64,000 nucleotides of DNA from Octopus sinensis (Eukaryota), in NCBI RefSeq assembly GCF_006345805.1, contig NC_043013.1, forward strand, positions 54,002,001 through 54,066,000, given 5' to 3'. Below are positions 1-12,755 of this stretch, in pieces (positions within the stretch are counted from its first letter, which is position 1; each line of letters begins with the position of its first letter). The translations under genes and the position numbers were made by a program. The notes beneath the pieces are model-generated. The model was not told the DNA's origin and made no database searches. It saw only the letters and a program-made list of their open reading frames with translations.

Positions 1-506
1 TAGGGTACTGTTGTAGTGCCAGAGCAAATTCCCAAGGTACATGAAAGTGACCCGTGATGGGAGGGTGATGGTTAGAGATGAGGTTTGGAGGAATTAGAGT
101 TGATGGGAGATATCTGTATGGCAGAGGGGTGGCTAAGGTGAGGGATAGAAGTGGCTCAAGAAGGATAGATCTGAAGGTTGGTGAGAGGGGATGATGTGTA
201 GGAGTGGAAAGGAGGAAGAGGGTGTATGAAAGCAAATGTGTGACATGTTTAATGGTATAGAAAGGAATGTGGTAGAGGGGAAGGATAACTGAAAGCATAG
301 AAATGTGGTCAGCGAAATAGGGCAGAGTATTATGTGGGCTGATAAAGGGTTGCCTGTTAGGGGAATGGGATGTGAGGAATGCTCGGCAACAGAATGGGCT
401 ATAACAATATCAGTGCTTTTAGGACATCACTTTTGTTGTGCTTGATAGACCTTCTCAAGAACAGTGAATCAGCAATCATCTTGATCTTTCATCCTATCCA
501 CTGTGT

Positions 507-566
<60 letters not shown>

Positions 567-572
567 TGTGTA

Positions 573-609
<37 letters not shown>

Positions 610-1216
610 CATCATCACTGTTTAACGTCTGTTTTCTATGCTAGCATGGGTTGGACGGTTCGACCAGGGTCTGGGAAGCCAGGAGGCTGCACCAGGCTCC
701 AGTCTGATCTGGCAGTGTTTCTACAGCTGGATGGACTTCCTAATGCCAACCACTCCATGAATGTAGTGGGTGCTTTTTACGTGCTACCGGCACAGGTGCC
801 AGGGAAGGCTGGCAAACGGCCATGATCAGTTGGTGCTTTTTATGTGCCGCCAGCACAGAAGCCAGTCAAAGGCGATGCTGGCATCAGCCACATTCGAATG
901 GTGCATTTATGTGCCACCAGCACAGGTATCACTACTACAATTTCCATTTGATTTTTTGATGTTGATGTACTTAACTCAATAGGTCTCCTCAAGCAATACA
1001 CACATACACACATATATATTTACTCACACACACACAAGTGCACATGCTGTTTCCACACAGTATTCTGCCAAATTTATTCACAAGTTATTGGCTGGCCTAT
1101 GCTTGTAGTGGAAATCCTTTTCGAAGGTGCTGCACAGTGGGCCTGAAACTGAAACCACAAGGTTGCAATGTGGGCTTCTTAACCACTCAGCCATACCTGT
1201 ACCTATAAAATATTAC

Positions 1217-1301
1217 TGGCAGTGGTGGGATACAAACCCATGCTCTGAAGAGACTGGTGCCTTAAACTAAAAGCTTACACTGCTGCTTGGCCATGCAGAA
1301 C
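1217..1301 (-). pseudogene. tRNA-Leu(AAG)-derived pseudogene
   Basis: The minus strand reads ...catggccaagcagcagtgtaag...gtttAAGgcaccagtctcttcagagcatgggtttgtatcccaccactgcca. It matches eukaryotic tRNA-Leu (long variable arm), but the T-loop, D-arm and acceptor stem are damaged. Confidence 0.75.
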
Positions 1302-1423
1302 TTCTCAACACAAAATGATTACTTTTTCTATTTTATTAAAATTTATTTGCTTCTCTCCATTAAATAATTCACAATTACTAATACTGATAATTCTGTGCAA
1401 ATATTAGAAAATTTTACAGTTTA

Positions 1424-1762
1424 TGGTGCAGGAGTGGCTGTGTGGTATGTAGCTTGCTTATCAACCACATGGTTCTGGGTTCAGTCCCCCTGCGTGGCAC
1501 CTTGAGCAAGTGTCTTTTACTATAGCCTCAGGCTGACCAAACCCTTGTCAGTTGATTTGGTAGACGGAAACTGAAAGAAGTTCGTCGTATATATGTATAT
1601 GTATATATATGTGTTTGTGTGTCTGTGTTTGTCCCCCCAACATCGTTTGACAACCGATGCTGGTGTGTTTAGGTCCCCGTAACTTAGTGGTTTGGCAAAG
1701 GAGGCCGATAGAGTAAGTTCTAGGCTTACAAAGAATAAGTCTTTGGGTCGATTTCCTTGCAG
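1424..1762 (+). mobile_element. tRNA-derived SINE, family A
   Basis: A-box-like gtggctgtgtggta, B-box-like ggttcagtccc, core ggcaccttgagcaagtgtc and an internal TA/TG microsatellite. Highly similar to 54500-54911. Confidence 0.85.
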
Positions 1763-3404
1763 ACATGGATTTACGTTAAACTATATATATATATACATAT
1801 ACACATGTAACTGCTTGGTATCGGTCATATTTTCAATATACATTTCTTGATTATTCCAACACTCATGAATATTTTCGTTCTGTTTTACGGATGAAATGAT
1901 TTATTGCATTTAAATTAGAAATAATGGCTGTGTGGAAATTCAAAGGCCAGCTCTAAATAGAATCATTGTGAGACAATGTTACACTTTACCATAAATCTAA
2001 ATGCAGTTTAATAAAATGTTGCCATGTTATCAAATGATTTCATCACATATAACTAACTAGAAAAGTGTAATTTTCAAAATATAGTATTCCTATAAATGAA
2101 TAAAAAGGAATCGTATCTATAGAGGGACATTTAAAAATGGATAAGTAATGTGAACATGGCTGAGATATTCTATTCACTGGATTGGAATATCAATTCATTC
2201 CAGATTTTGTCTTGAGTCAAACTGAAGTTGGTGCTGTGTGCATTAACAAGTCATTTAATGACACTTGGCTACTAAACTCATTTATTTTGAACTGTGGGGA
2301 AAGAATCACTGTGAGTTCCAGACAGAAGTACTGTACAAATATTTGAACCAACGATCCATTTGTTTACTAAACTGCCTCATCTCACTAGAAATCTCATTTG
2401 CTCTGAAGAATTGTTGATGGAAAATATTTCTATCACATATTCAGTCTCACATAAACACACATTAAATTAATTATAATGTAATAATAAATCATGTAGCATT
2501 AATAAATAAGTTTAGGTCTAATGAAACATGTAAAATTTATTGCAAGGAATAAGGCATAAATATCCAACCAAACAAACAAAAATAATATAATTTCGTTCTC
2601 AAGGCTTGGCAAATTCACATGATTCTTTTGCCAACTCCATACAAAGTTAATCCTAGTATTTATGTCTGTGATGTTGTAAAATGTCAAATTATTACTGCCG
2701 CTCTGAAAATTTAAATGAAATTAAAATACATACTGGAACCTTGTCACTAATTAATCAACTTTGTTAATCAGACCAATGAGTGTCCAGCTAGAAACTATAA
2801 TTCTCTTGTTCACAAATACCGGACAAATGAAAAAAATGTATTTTCAGTTTTAATATTTAACTTTTTAATTGAAGGAACCTCCCCTTTTTTTGTAAGTGAT
2901 CCTATCTTCAAATACCCTTGGGAAAGTTGTGAATGCTACCTCTATTTTTAGTCTTTTTCAAATGATTTTATTTATTTTTCTTTTCCATAAGCACAAACCA
3001 TATTCTATAGACACATGACAGTAGTATTAGACAAGTGAGATCAACTAATTATAAAATTTGATTAACAATAGGATATTATTTCCAATAAACAAATGAATGT
3101 AGCATAAATGAAATATATACTTGTTACAATGACAACTGTACACTGACAGCTCTGGCCCTTTGGGGTTGTTTTAGTCTCACATTTGCAAAATTAAAGACAT
3201 ATTGAAATTGGTCATATTAGGTTTTACACCAACTTTAATGATTAGTCCAGAAGTATTAAAAGTTGATTTAGTATATAGTCTTGTGACTGGCAGTGTAAGA
3301 CCAAATATAAACTCCGTCATAAATTACTGATAGTTTATAGTGACGTTCATTCAGTGTTTCTTTTCGAAGCCTATCCCCTCCACCCTGGTGGCAAATAAAA
3401 GAAA

Positions 3405-3697
3405 TTATTATTATTATTCAGTAGTCATATTTTTGTCACATGCTTTCACAGCACCACTGGGTGCAACTCTGTGTACCTTGGGTATGTGCTGTGATTTGTT
3501 GGGTACTCTTATGTTGACTGTATTGAAAGTACTTTGCGTAGGATGTATGTGGTGCCTAGTAGTGCTATTTTCTGTATTTGTATGTGTTTTAATCATACCT
3601 AATGCACCTGTTACTATAGGGATTGTTTCGGTTTTTAGGCTCCATTTTCAAGTTACCTCTATTTCCAGATTTTTGCATTTTGAGAGTTTCTCTATGC
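3405..3697 (-). mobile_element. Second RLE-type LINE 3' fragment
   Basis: The minus frame reads EKLSKCKNLEIEVT*KWSLKTETIPIVTGALGMIK (RLE C-terminus), followed by a (TAA)n tail. Confidence 0.7.
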
Positions 3698-3749
3698 TAG
3701 TTATTATTATATTCATATACACACAATAGATTAGACTGTTGGAAAAGAA

Positions 3750-4417
3750 AAGAATCCTAACATCGGGCTACAACAAGTAACCTCATGCCGAGAACCCTCC
3801 CAAGTATTCTAGCTGTCCCTAATAACATGGTTTTCTGCAGCTGTACTAAACTTGGTTTTATGCCTATTTCCTCTGTCCATCTGTCCAAAGGTTTAGGGAT
3901 AGTTCCCAATTGAACTATACTGGGATACATTTTACCTGCACTTTCCATAGTCTCTGTAATTCAATGGCTAGGGCCTGGTACTTTTCTATTTTTTTTGGTA
4001 CCTCTTTTTTGGACTCATATTGCTTTTTTGTTTCATCATTTGAGACTGTAAAGACCATTATCTGGCACTTTCTATTCTCTTTATCTACTATTACTACTAC
4101 TACCAAATCAGGCCTTCTAGCTTCTATTACTCCGTCAGTCCAAATGTTAAAATCACACATCATCTTGTATTTCTTACTTTCTAGTACTTTACTAGGTTCA
4201 TGTTCATATCATTTATCAGTGTGTTCAAATCCTAGCTTTCTACATAACTCCCAGTGGATTACTCTCTCTAGGTTGTCATGTCTTTTCATGTATTCTTTCT
4301 GTGTCAGAATGCTACATTCACTTACTACATGAATAACGCTTTCTTCTTTTGATTTGCATAACCCACATTGGGAATCTACTTGCTGTTTGTCTATTTGGGC
4401 TTTTATCCAATTAGTCC
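3750..4417 (-). mobile_element. R4/Dong-type (RLE) non-LTR retrotransposon 3' fragment
   Basis: CCHC knuckle CGLCKSKEESVIHVVSEC, KRHD and the restriction-like endonuclease motifs RPDLVVV...EKYQALAIELQRLW. Frameshifted. Confidence 0.85.
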
Positions 4418-4448
<31 letters not shown>

Positions 4449-5481
4449 GTATATACACACACACATACGACGGGCTTCTTTCAGTTTCGATCTGCTGGAT
4501 TTGTTCACAGGGCTTTGGTTGGCCCAAGGCTGTAGTATGGGACACTTTACCAAGGTGTCATGCAGTGGGGCTAGGCCCGGAGCTGTGTGGTTGGGGAGCA
4601 AGCTTCTTACCACACAGCCACTTCTGTTTATATATTTAGCAAACCTTTATGTTTATTCTGTTTACTTCTATTTCCTGTCTTTTCCCATTTTTCTCTCCAC
4701 CCCTTTCTTTCTACCTCCATCTCTAAATACCTCACCATGTGTCTCACTTTGGATTCTAACAGAATGCAATAAAGTGTTCCCCTGAGGACCCATTGTGGTT
4801 AGGCACTAGTAACATCTAATATTAAATTCCAAGTAACTGCAATGGTGAGGCATGCATAGAGACTAAAACCTTTTATAAAATACCTCAACTAATCCACTCC
4901 ATTTTAATCCTCACAGAGCTCCTTTCCATCCTTGTAAGAAACCCTGTTCTAGAATATCTGCATGTACATTAGGGGTACAGTTCTATTGGTACAGTTCTAT
5001 GGAGCAGTTCTATTGTGGGTCTCACTCAAGGGTTGTGAATGTCTGTTTTTAATGTCTGGTGGTTGCTTTTGGTTGTAACGGTTGTCAAGGAATCTTTCTC
5101 TTTGGGTGAATGGTCCATTTTTAGGTGGGGGTTGAGTGATGAAATGAAATAAACAATGTTTGGCATGATATGGATGATTCGAAATGAAGTTTGCTCATTT
5201 CAGGGCTATTACCACTATTGATTTTATGGAAATTTCCTATATTTAATAGTAATAAAACAATATTATATTGTAGAGTTACCAGATCAACAGGAACTAGTAA
5301 TACAACAGTAGAAGTGTAGAATCTAAAAAGTTGAAATTGCAAGAACTCTTATCACTAAGAAACAGGGTAAAGTCTAATAGTGGAAATAAATTACCATGTG
5401 TGGTTTGGTTTGGTTTAGAAAAGGGAACAGCATTAACGTTACCAAAGACACATTGGTAAACAAGACATTTTAACTAGTTCT

Positions 5482-5708
5482 TTAATCCTTTAGCATTGAA
5501 TCTGGTCACATCTAGCCCAGATATTCTACCTATTTTCAGTTCAAATTAGCCAGATCAGGCCTCTCACACCTGCCCTACAATATTATTCTAAAAATAAACA
5601 ATGACATCGTTGTAATCTTGAAGCTTTGAGATAATGCAGGATTAATTCAAAATAATGTGAATGAATGAGCATTGCATTTTACAAAAGAATCGGAATACAA
5701 AAGGGTTA
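5482..5708. mobile_element. TTAA-flanked (piggyBac-like) MITE; related copy at about 23397-23617
   Basis: Termini ttaatcctttagcatt...aaagggtta. The internal sequence (gatattctacct, ctctcacacct, gattaattcaaaa) is shared with the 23.4-kb copy. Confidence 0.6.
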
Positions 5709-6446
5709 GGTTGATTTTACACTACAAATTATAACTGTGTGATGAAGATATCTGATTCATAGGATGACCTAAAACTAGAATACTCTCATGGTTTATATAA
5801 ACTTTCCAAATATGACCAACTCAGCCTGAAAATGCAAGTCAGAAAGATTAAACTGAAAGGTTTAAACAGAAAGGTTAAAGTGTCTAATAATCCATAGTAA
5901 TCCTGAAACCATGTATTACTAATTTCTGATTTGTAGTACACCAGTTTTATAAGTTATGATGTTACTTGTTTAATCAATTCTGGAGTGAAAGACAAAAATA
6001 TCTATAATCAATGCCATAATGTTGATTAATATAATTGAATATTATCTGTAAGATTCACTGAAATAAATATAAGAAGATTGTCGTAAAGTTTGAAAATATT
6101 TGTCCTATAAACTCACCATTGGAAAGAGTTAAAACCTTGAGCAATGTCTTGGACTTTTGTGAAATTATTGAAAAATAATCAGTCTTAAACTAGGCTAGGG
6201 GCTGCCCATTTTGAATTATACATATTAATCAAATAAGTTGACAAAAATATCAATAACTTCACATAGATATTTTCTTGCAAACTCATTGATATATCATTTT
6301 TTCAACAATTCTATGAAAGTAATAAATAGAAAAAGACTTCAATTCAAAAACTGGTACTAATTTATATACTTAAGAATATACAGCTGCTCTTAAAGAAATG
6401 TATAAAAATACATAAATGTGTGCATGTGTGAATGTATATGTGTGGA

Positions 6447-6489
<43 letters not shown>

Positions 6490-9400
6490 ATATATGCAAA
6501 CAAGTATATGTATTTGTGTATACATGTATGTGTGTATTATATACTCACATATATGCATACAGAAATTGGACATGTGTATGCTATTCACATTATTTTGCCA
6601 TTTGCACAGATTACTAGATTTTAAAAACACTTTGTACATGCTTACACTAATGTATATGGATGCATGCACATGTATATAGCAAATGTTTTTGTAAGTGTGT
6701 ATGTATTTGTGTACATATGTGCATATATTAATCTGTATATATGCACATATTTGTGTGTATATATATGTATATGTGCACATACATACAAGAAGATATAATT
6801 GGAACTAAAAAATTATAAGCATATGCTCAATGAAATAATAATTAGAATATATAATAAACAAATGACCATATGTAAACAAAGAGAAACACTTCCAATGGAT
6901 AGAAAATGGAAAATGGAAGCAGATGTGAAAGCAGGAAGGCCTTTTTGTTAAGTAAAAGCTACAGAATAGAAAAGAATGAATAATGGAAGGGAGGACATGA
7001 TTAGCTTGGTGAGACACCTGTTGTCAAAATGAACTAAACGAACCGTGTCGAAACGAGAGCAAATGATACCAGATGATTATTAGAATGAAGAGCAATCATC
7101 GGAAAAAAAAAAAATTTTTTCTAGTAATATTGGAGGAAAAAAAAAAAATTTTGTTTTTGAAAGTATAAAATTTGCTGTAAATTCACTTACCATTTGGATA
7201 AACTAGAAATAAGAATAAAAATACAAATTAAAAAAACAACTTTTGGAATTTATTAGAAATTACGGTGAGTTGATTCTTTGTATTTTTTTTTCAGTGGGGA
7301 TGGGGTCTTTCTTTCTCGGTAAGCTAAGCATGTCCTTTTTGTAAATTCCCATTTTCTGTTAGCTTAAAGTAACTTACTTTGTGTGATGGCCATGTTGATG
7401 ACGGTACATTATATAGTGACAACAATGAGGGGCGGCGTAGTGTCAGTCGTTCATACTACTGTGCTAACAGCAACTTTGCCTGCTATTTGGCGGGAAGACT
7501 GTGAACAAATTGACAAAACAATTGGTTTTCTGTCTGCTTTGTTTTTTTTGTTTTTTTTTGGTTTTGTATTTTATTTCTTCTTTCAATTAATATTTCCTAT
7601 GTAAATCTGAGAATATTATTCACCCAAATCTTGGATTCTTGTCAAGTGGGTACAGACAGACAGACAGACAAACAAGTGATGGTGTGAATTGTTTCATGAG
7701 AAATTTTCTTTTGGTTATCTAGAATTTGAAAAACCCTGAAAAATGCAAATTTTCTGCTCTGCTCACTTTTGTCTACCCTATTTTGCTTAATAAAAGAAAA
7801 CTGTACACTTACACATACACGCATATATTTGTGTGAGTGCATGTTGGTGAATGTGTGAGTGTGTATAAGTTTTCATACACACACAAACATATATATGCAC
7901 ACTTATATTTCTAAATATATTTTGTTTATGCGAGATTAGTCTGTAAATTGTGACTGAAATACAAGTGATTGGATTTAGCTTGTTCAAAGAAATCAGTGAG
8001 AATACATCTTCAGCTTAGTTTTAGATTCCAACTAAAGAATGCATTGGAAGAGGAATATCATGTTAAGGTATTTTCTAAAAAGAAGGCCTATAGAAACCAA
8101 AACTGGGATGGACTGTAGATCAAAGAATAAAAAGCAGAAGTGCAGGAAAAATAAGGCAATAAGCAATGGTTGCAAAGAGAAATAAAATGGGTAGAAGCTT
8201 TCAATTTAAAAGAAAAGAAAAACTAAGAAAAGAAAAAAAATATAAAGGAATTTAGCCACAATGTTTAGAAGTAATAAATAAATATAAATAGCCAGGTAAA
8301 CATGACCAAAAAAAGATGAAAAATAACCGATATGGTGCGAATCCTATCGGACAGAACTAAAGATTTTGATTGAGAGTTTTGAAATCAGTTGCCAAATGAA
8401 TTTATTCAAAGTTTATTTTATGAATTGTTATATTTATTTGTTGGATATTACCTTATTTCTCATAGAATTTGTGCAAATAATATAACAATTGGTAAAGTCT
8501 CCAAGTACCAGCACCTTTAATTATGCTGTAATGCACCATATAGGCTGTGACTAATTTAAAATAGGAAATATTTTGGTTCTTATGGTGTGTTCCAAATTTA
8601 TCCAAATGAAAAGATGGCAAAGTTAAAAGTGCTATGTTCATTTATTCCAACCTTTCTAAATATAACATAAATTTCAAAATTTAATACACAAATTTTAGAA
8701 TAAGATGTCTTCAGATCTACATTTTAATGTTTTATTTTCTGTTTTAAATTAAAACATTCTTTCTTTTTAACATCTAAACTCGCAGACTTAATGATTTTTC
8801 AAATAAAAAGTAAATGTGATTTTAATTCTGTCTGTAAAAATAGAATAGGAGATTACTTAATTAGGTGAGATTTAATTAAGATAATTACTAGGTTTTTATT
8901 TGTTGATGATGAGATAACATATCTGTACTGTCAGACTCTAATTTGAAGAAGAAAGGGAAAACAGAAAGGGGAATGTTTTGTGACTTAGTTTTCTTATATT
9001 GAAAACCAAATATTAGTTTGGGTAAATAAGCTATGACAATTGGTATCATAATAAATCTAATGCAATTTCTGTTTTATGTGCAACAAATTATTTCTATACT
9101 ATTGATGTACTTACATTCTTATTTCACCCATATTAAGGCTTTGTAATATTCAAATTTATTTCATTTCTTCTAAATCAGTTGTATAATAAAAAGAAACAAT
9201 AAAAGTGAAGACTAATTTTATGTTTTTTTACAATAGGAAAAGAAATGTATTTGAACAAACTGATTATATCTCTTAGAAATACCATTCAACTATATCCAAA
9301 CTAATAAGAGGAAATAACTGACACAGAGTATGTGTTGTTTCTCAGAGAAAAAAACATTTCAAATTGGTGTCCAATTATTTGGAATTTAACCTTGTGTACA

Positions 9401-10104
9401 CTAATTCAATCATTACAGGCATGGCAGATTTTGTCAATATAAATTTTCAATAGCTGATTGAAATTAAGTTTGTATCTTCAGCTGTTATCCAAATATTTAT
9501 GACACACCATTAAAAAGTTATTCGAAATCTGAAGTTGATTAACATTAGTAAGCTATAACTCTTTGCACTAGAATTCCCCAAACTGCCGAGTTATTTCTAT
9601 AATTCAATAGTAAAGTAAAAGCATGTAAATATTGTAAAACAATTTTTTCTCCCAGTAAGAAGTAACAAAAGTTATTTCACTTTCTAAATGCTAATATATA
9701 TTTTCTGTGTATTTGTATGTCAAAAGATAATTATGTATGCGTGAAGATGGTTGAGATTAGGAATGTACCCAGCCAATCAATCATTCATAGCATTATATAT
9801 GGGCGCACACATGCACAAACACACACACACACACTCACACAACTATTTCATAGTGATCACGCTTACAAACTATTGTCCTTTGATTCTGCAATTCATGCAA
9901 AGTAGAGCTTTAGACTCTTCACAAGGACACACAGATTAAAGTCAAATAGTATCTAAGATGTCTGCTGTAGACATCTGCAGTATCCAGTTTTGGTACTATT
10001 TGACTTGAATTCATGATATGCGCATCTGAAGAGAGTAATCTTCAGATTTGCATGAAACTTGGAATCAGGGCTATTGTTTGTTAAGTATGGTTATCATTAA
10101 GCTA

Positions 10105-10792
10105 TATTTTAAGGGAACAAATAAAAAGTGTGGGGCTCACCAGAACAGAAAGAAACAACGGCTATTGTCATACTATTTGAACCCCCTTTGTTCTTTGAGT
10201 AAGAACCACATTTGATCACGTATATGTTATGTACACACACACAATCTTTACATATTCACAAATTCATATATGTATACATAAATACATATATATACACATA
10301 CATATGTGTGTGTGCGTATACACACACACATAAACACACATTACAGAACAGAATAGTTCAAATATATTACTCCAGATATATTCCAGTGAAGATGCATGAA
10401 ATTGAACGATAATAAGTATATATTGCTACTAGGCTTCAAATTATCAACCACATCTCAACAACTGCACATATGAAGTGGATTTCTGATTTACACCAATCGC
10501 ATGCAAACAGATAAAAACCATTGGTTTGAATTAGAAGTGAACTGATTTTGGATTTGAAGTTTAACTCTGTGTAACTTGCATTATATTTCTTAGATTTCCA
10601 ATTCTAGAGGGATTTTATTTTATTTAACTTGAATAAAGCTTTCTCTATGTATCCATTATTTTTCCTTCTTTTGTTATCAACTGATTTTCTGATCATACTT
10701 GTTTTTGTATCCCTTTAACAAATAACTCTTCAAAGCCGTTGTTTCTTTCTGTTCTGGTGAGCCCCACACTTTTTATTTGTTCCCTTAAAATA
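10105..10792. mobile_element. MITE-like element bounded by 59-bp perfect inverted repeats
   Basis: 10105-10163 is the reverse complement of 10734-10792. The termini contain TTAA-GGG...CCC-TTAA. Confidence 0.65.
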
Positions 10793-12721
10793 ATTTCATG
10801 TGCGTTCGTTTTGTCTTCTTTGTATGAAAACTTTTGTCTTCATCTCATCTTGTAAGTGAAAATACTTATAAACTTTAATTGATATATTATTACATGTTTA
10901 TGCATGTATGGATGTTTGTTATCATCAGCATTTAACATCCATGTTCCATACTATTTATACGTATCTAAGTGTGTATGTATGTATGTATGTATGTGTGTGT
11001 ATGTGTTATAAACTTGTGATAGTTTCCATGCCAAATTGAAAATGGCCTGTGACATAAGCATGATTTTTATCAGGATTGTCTGGAAGGGTTCATGTTTTTG
11101 AACTAATGTTGGTATAGGTGGTTAGCTGTACCACTATATGTCTAGAGCCATAGGTTCTACAGGACAATATCAACAAAAGCTGCCTTTATTTCACAACTAG
11201 TTTGAAATTAATACTAGAAATGTCTTGATAACTTTATAATATTGTGATAATATAAATCAGCTCTGTATTACACATATTGAACTCTCTCTTTTGGGATTAA
11301 AAGTGTTTGATCCCTGTGCCTGTGCGTGCATGTGTATGTATTCACATGTATGCACTACCCACATCTATAATACAGTTGTGCACAATTTTTCAAGGATGTG
11401 AAGCAAATGATATAGTGGTGGCTGGTGAAAGGCATATCAATTTCTATAAAGTTGACGTCACCTATTAGCATGAAGTCAAAATCTGTAGGATATGGGTTTA
11501 TCCATGTTTAGTATTTATTTCAGTTGAATTTGAAATTAAAATGTTGAGAGACACAGCTATCACAAGTCCTTTTGTTCTGCATGTTTTTGCCAGTCCATTA
11601 CCTCCTATTGCCCAAAAGTTGTCAGTAATTTTGGAAGAGGATTCAAGTTTACAATAATTGTGCATAAAAAGTATTTTACAAGTGTGCAAATAAGGGTAGC
11701 CTACAATGTGCCACTCTAGTTCAAAGTTCCCTACCCTCCTATCAGCTACATTCCAGTGCATTTGCCCCACCTTTCTCCTTATCAAAAATACCCCCAACAA
11801 CCATCAGCCCCAAATCCTAATACTAAACCAACCAAAACATCAAGCAGATATTTGCCAACATTATTTACTGCATCACTTACAAACTTCATTGTCATCTGCA
11901 TGTTGGTGAAACAGGCTTTTGGGTAGATGACCACTTTGACAAGTATCTCCTTGTATTCTTCAATGCACTCTTGATCAACCCTTGGCCTTCCTATTCAATG
12001 TACTTCTTGTCCCCTCCATTAAGAATCTCTTGGTTTCTATCTCTGACCACCTCTGATATAAGGGAAAGGTCCCTGAGGAGGTCTTTATTGGTAACCTTCT
12101 GTTGCCATTCAATATTCAGTGCATGTTAGAGTAAGCAGGTGTAACAGCCTTCTAGTTGTTTCTGCAACGTTTTTGTCAGGGTCCAAATTTTGGACCCATA
12201 AAGCAGTACACTTTCAACAATTTTTTTGAAGAACACAACTTTTTGTCTTCTCGAGATTCCTCATCAGTGGAGATGGTATGAGCCAGGAGATTCCATCGCC
12301 TTTTACTGGGCACTTTTACTGGGCACTTTTACTGGGCCATGAACGAATTCCTCAGGGATGTTGTTACTCTGGGACCCACCATATGGCCACATGAACAGAG
12401 GTTGACCAGCTACAACATATGTTGACAGTGACCTCTCAGTTCCCAAGTTGAAGTTGTAAATGGACGACAGGTACTATTGGCAGAATGTCTGTGCAGACCA
12501 AGGGAACTTGGTCTACAGACAGATTTCTATAATAAACACTCATCACAGAGCATTCCATTGTAGGAAATACATGAGAAAAAGACCAATGAAAAATAAAACA
12601 ATGCATCATATTCACACTTAAAGCATCTTTCTGCATGTGTGTGTATGTGTGTAAATTTTCACGTTTTGATGGGTGTGTGTTTGTGTGCCAAACATGCATC
12701 CATGCCAGTGTCACACATTTT

Positions 12722-12755
<34 letters not shown>

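Noticed and set aside
1217-1301. Functional tRNA-Leu gene
   Set aside because: The T-loop is mutated (GTTTGTA), the D-arm has an insertion and the acceptor stem is broken, so it is kept only as a pseudogene.
10010-10057. ctgaaga...gaaac as a hammerhead
   Set aside because: CTGAAGA is itself paired in a hairpin (atctgaaga/tcttcagat), and no stem I, stem III or NUH site follows.
12301-12337. Three copies of ttttactgggc(ac)
   Set aside because: A short local slippage duplication within what looks like a highly decayed retroelement; nothing further supports a function.
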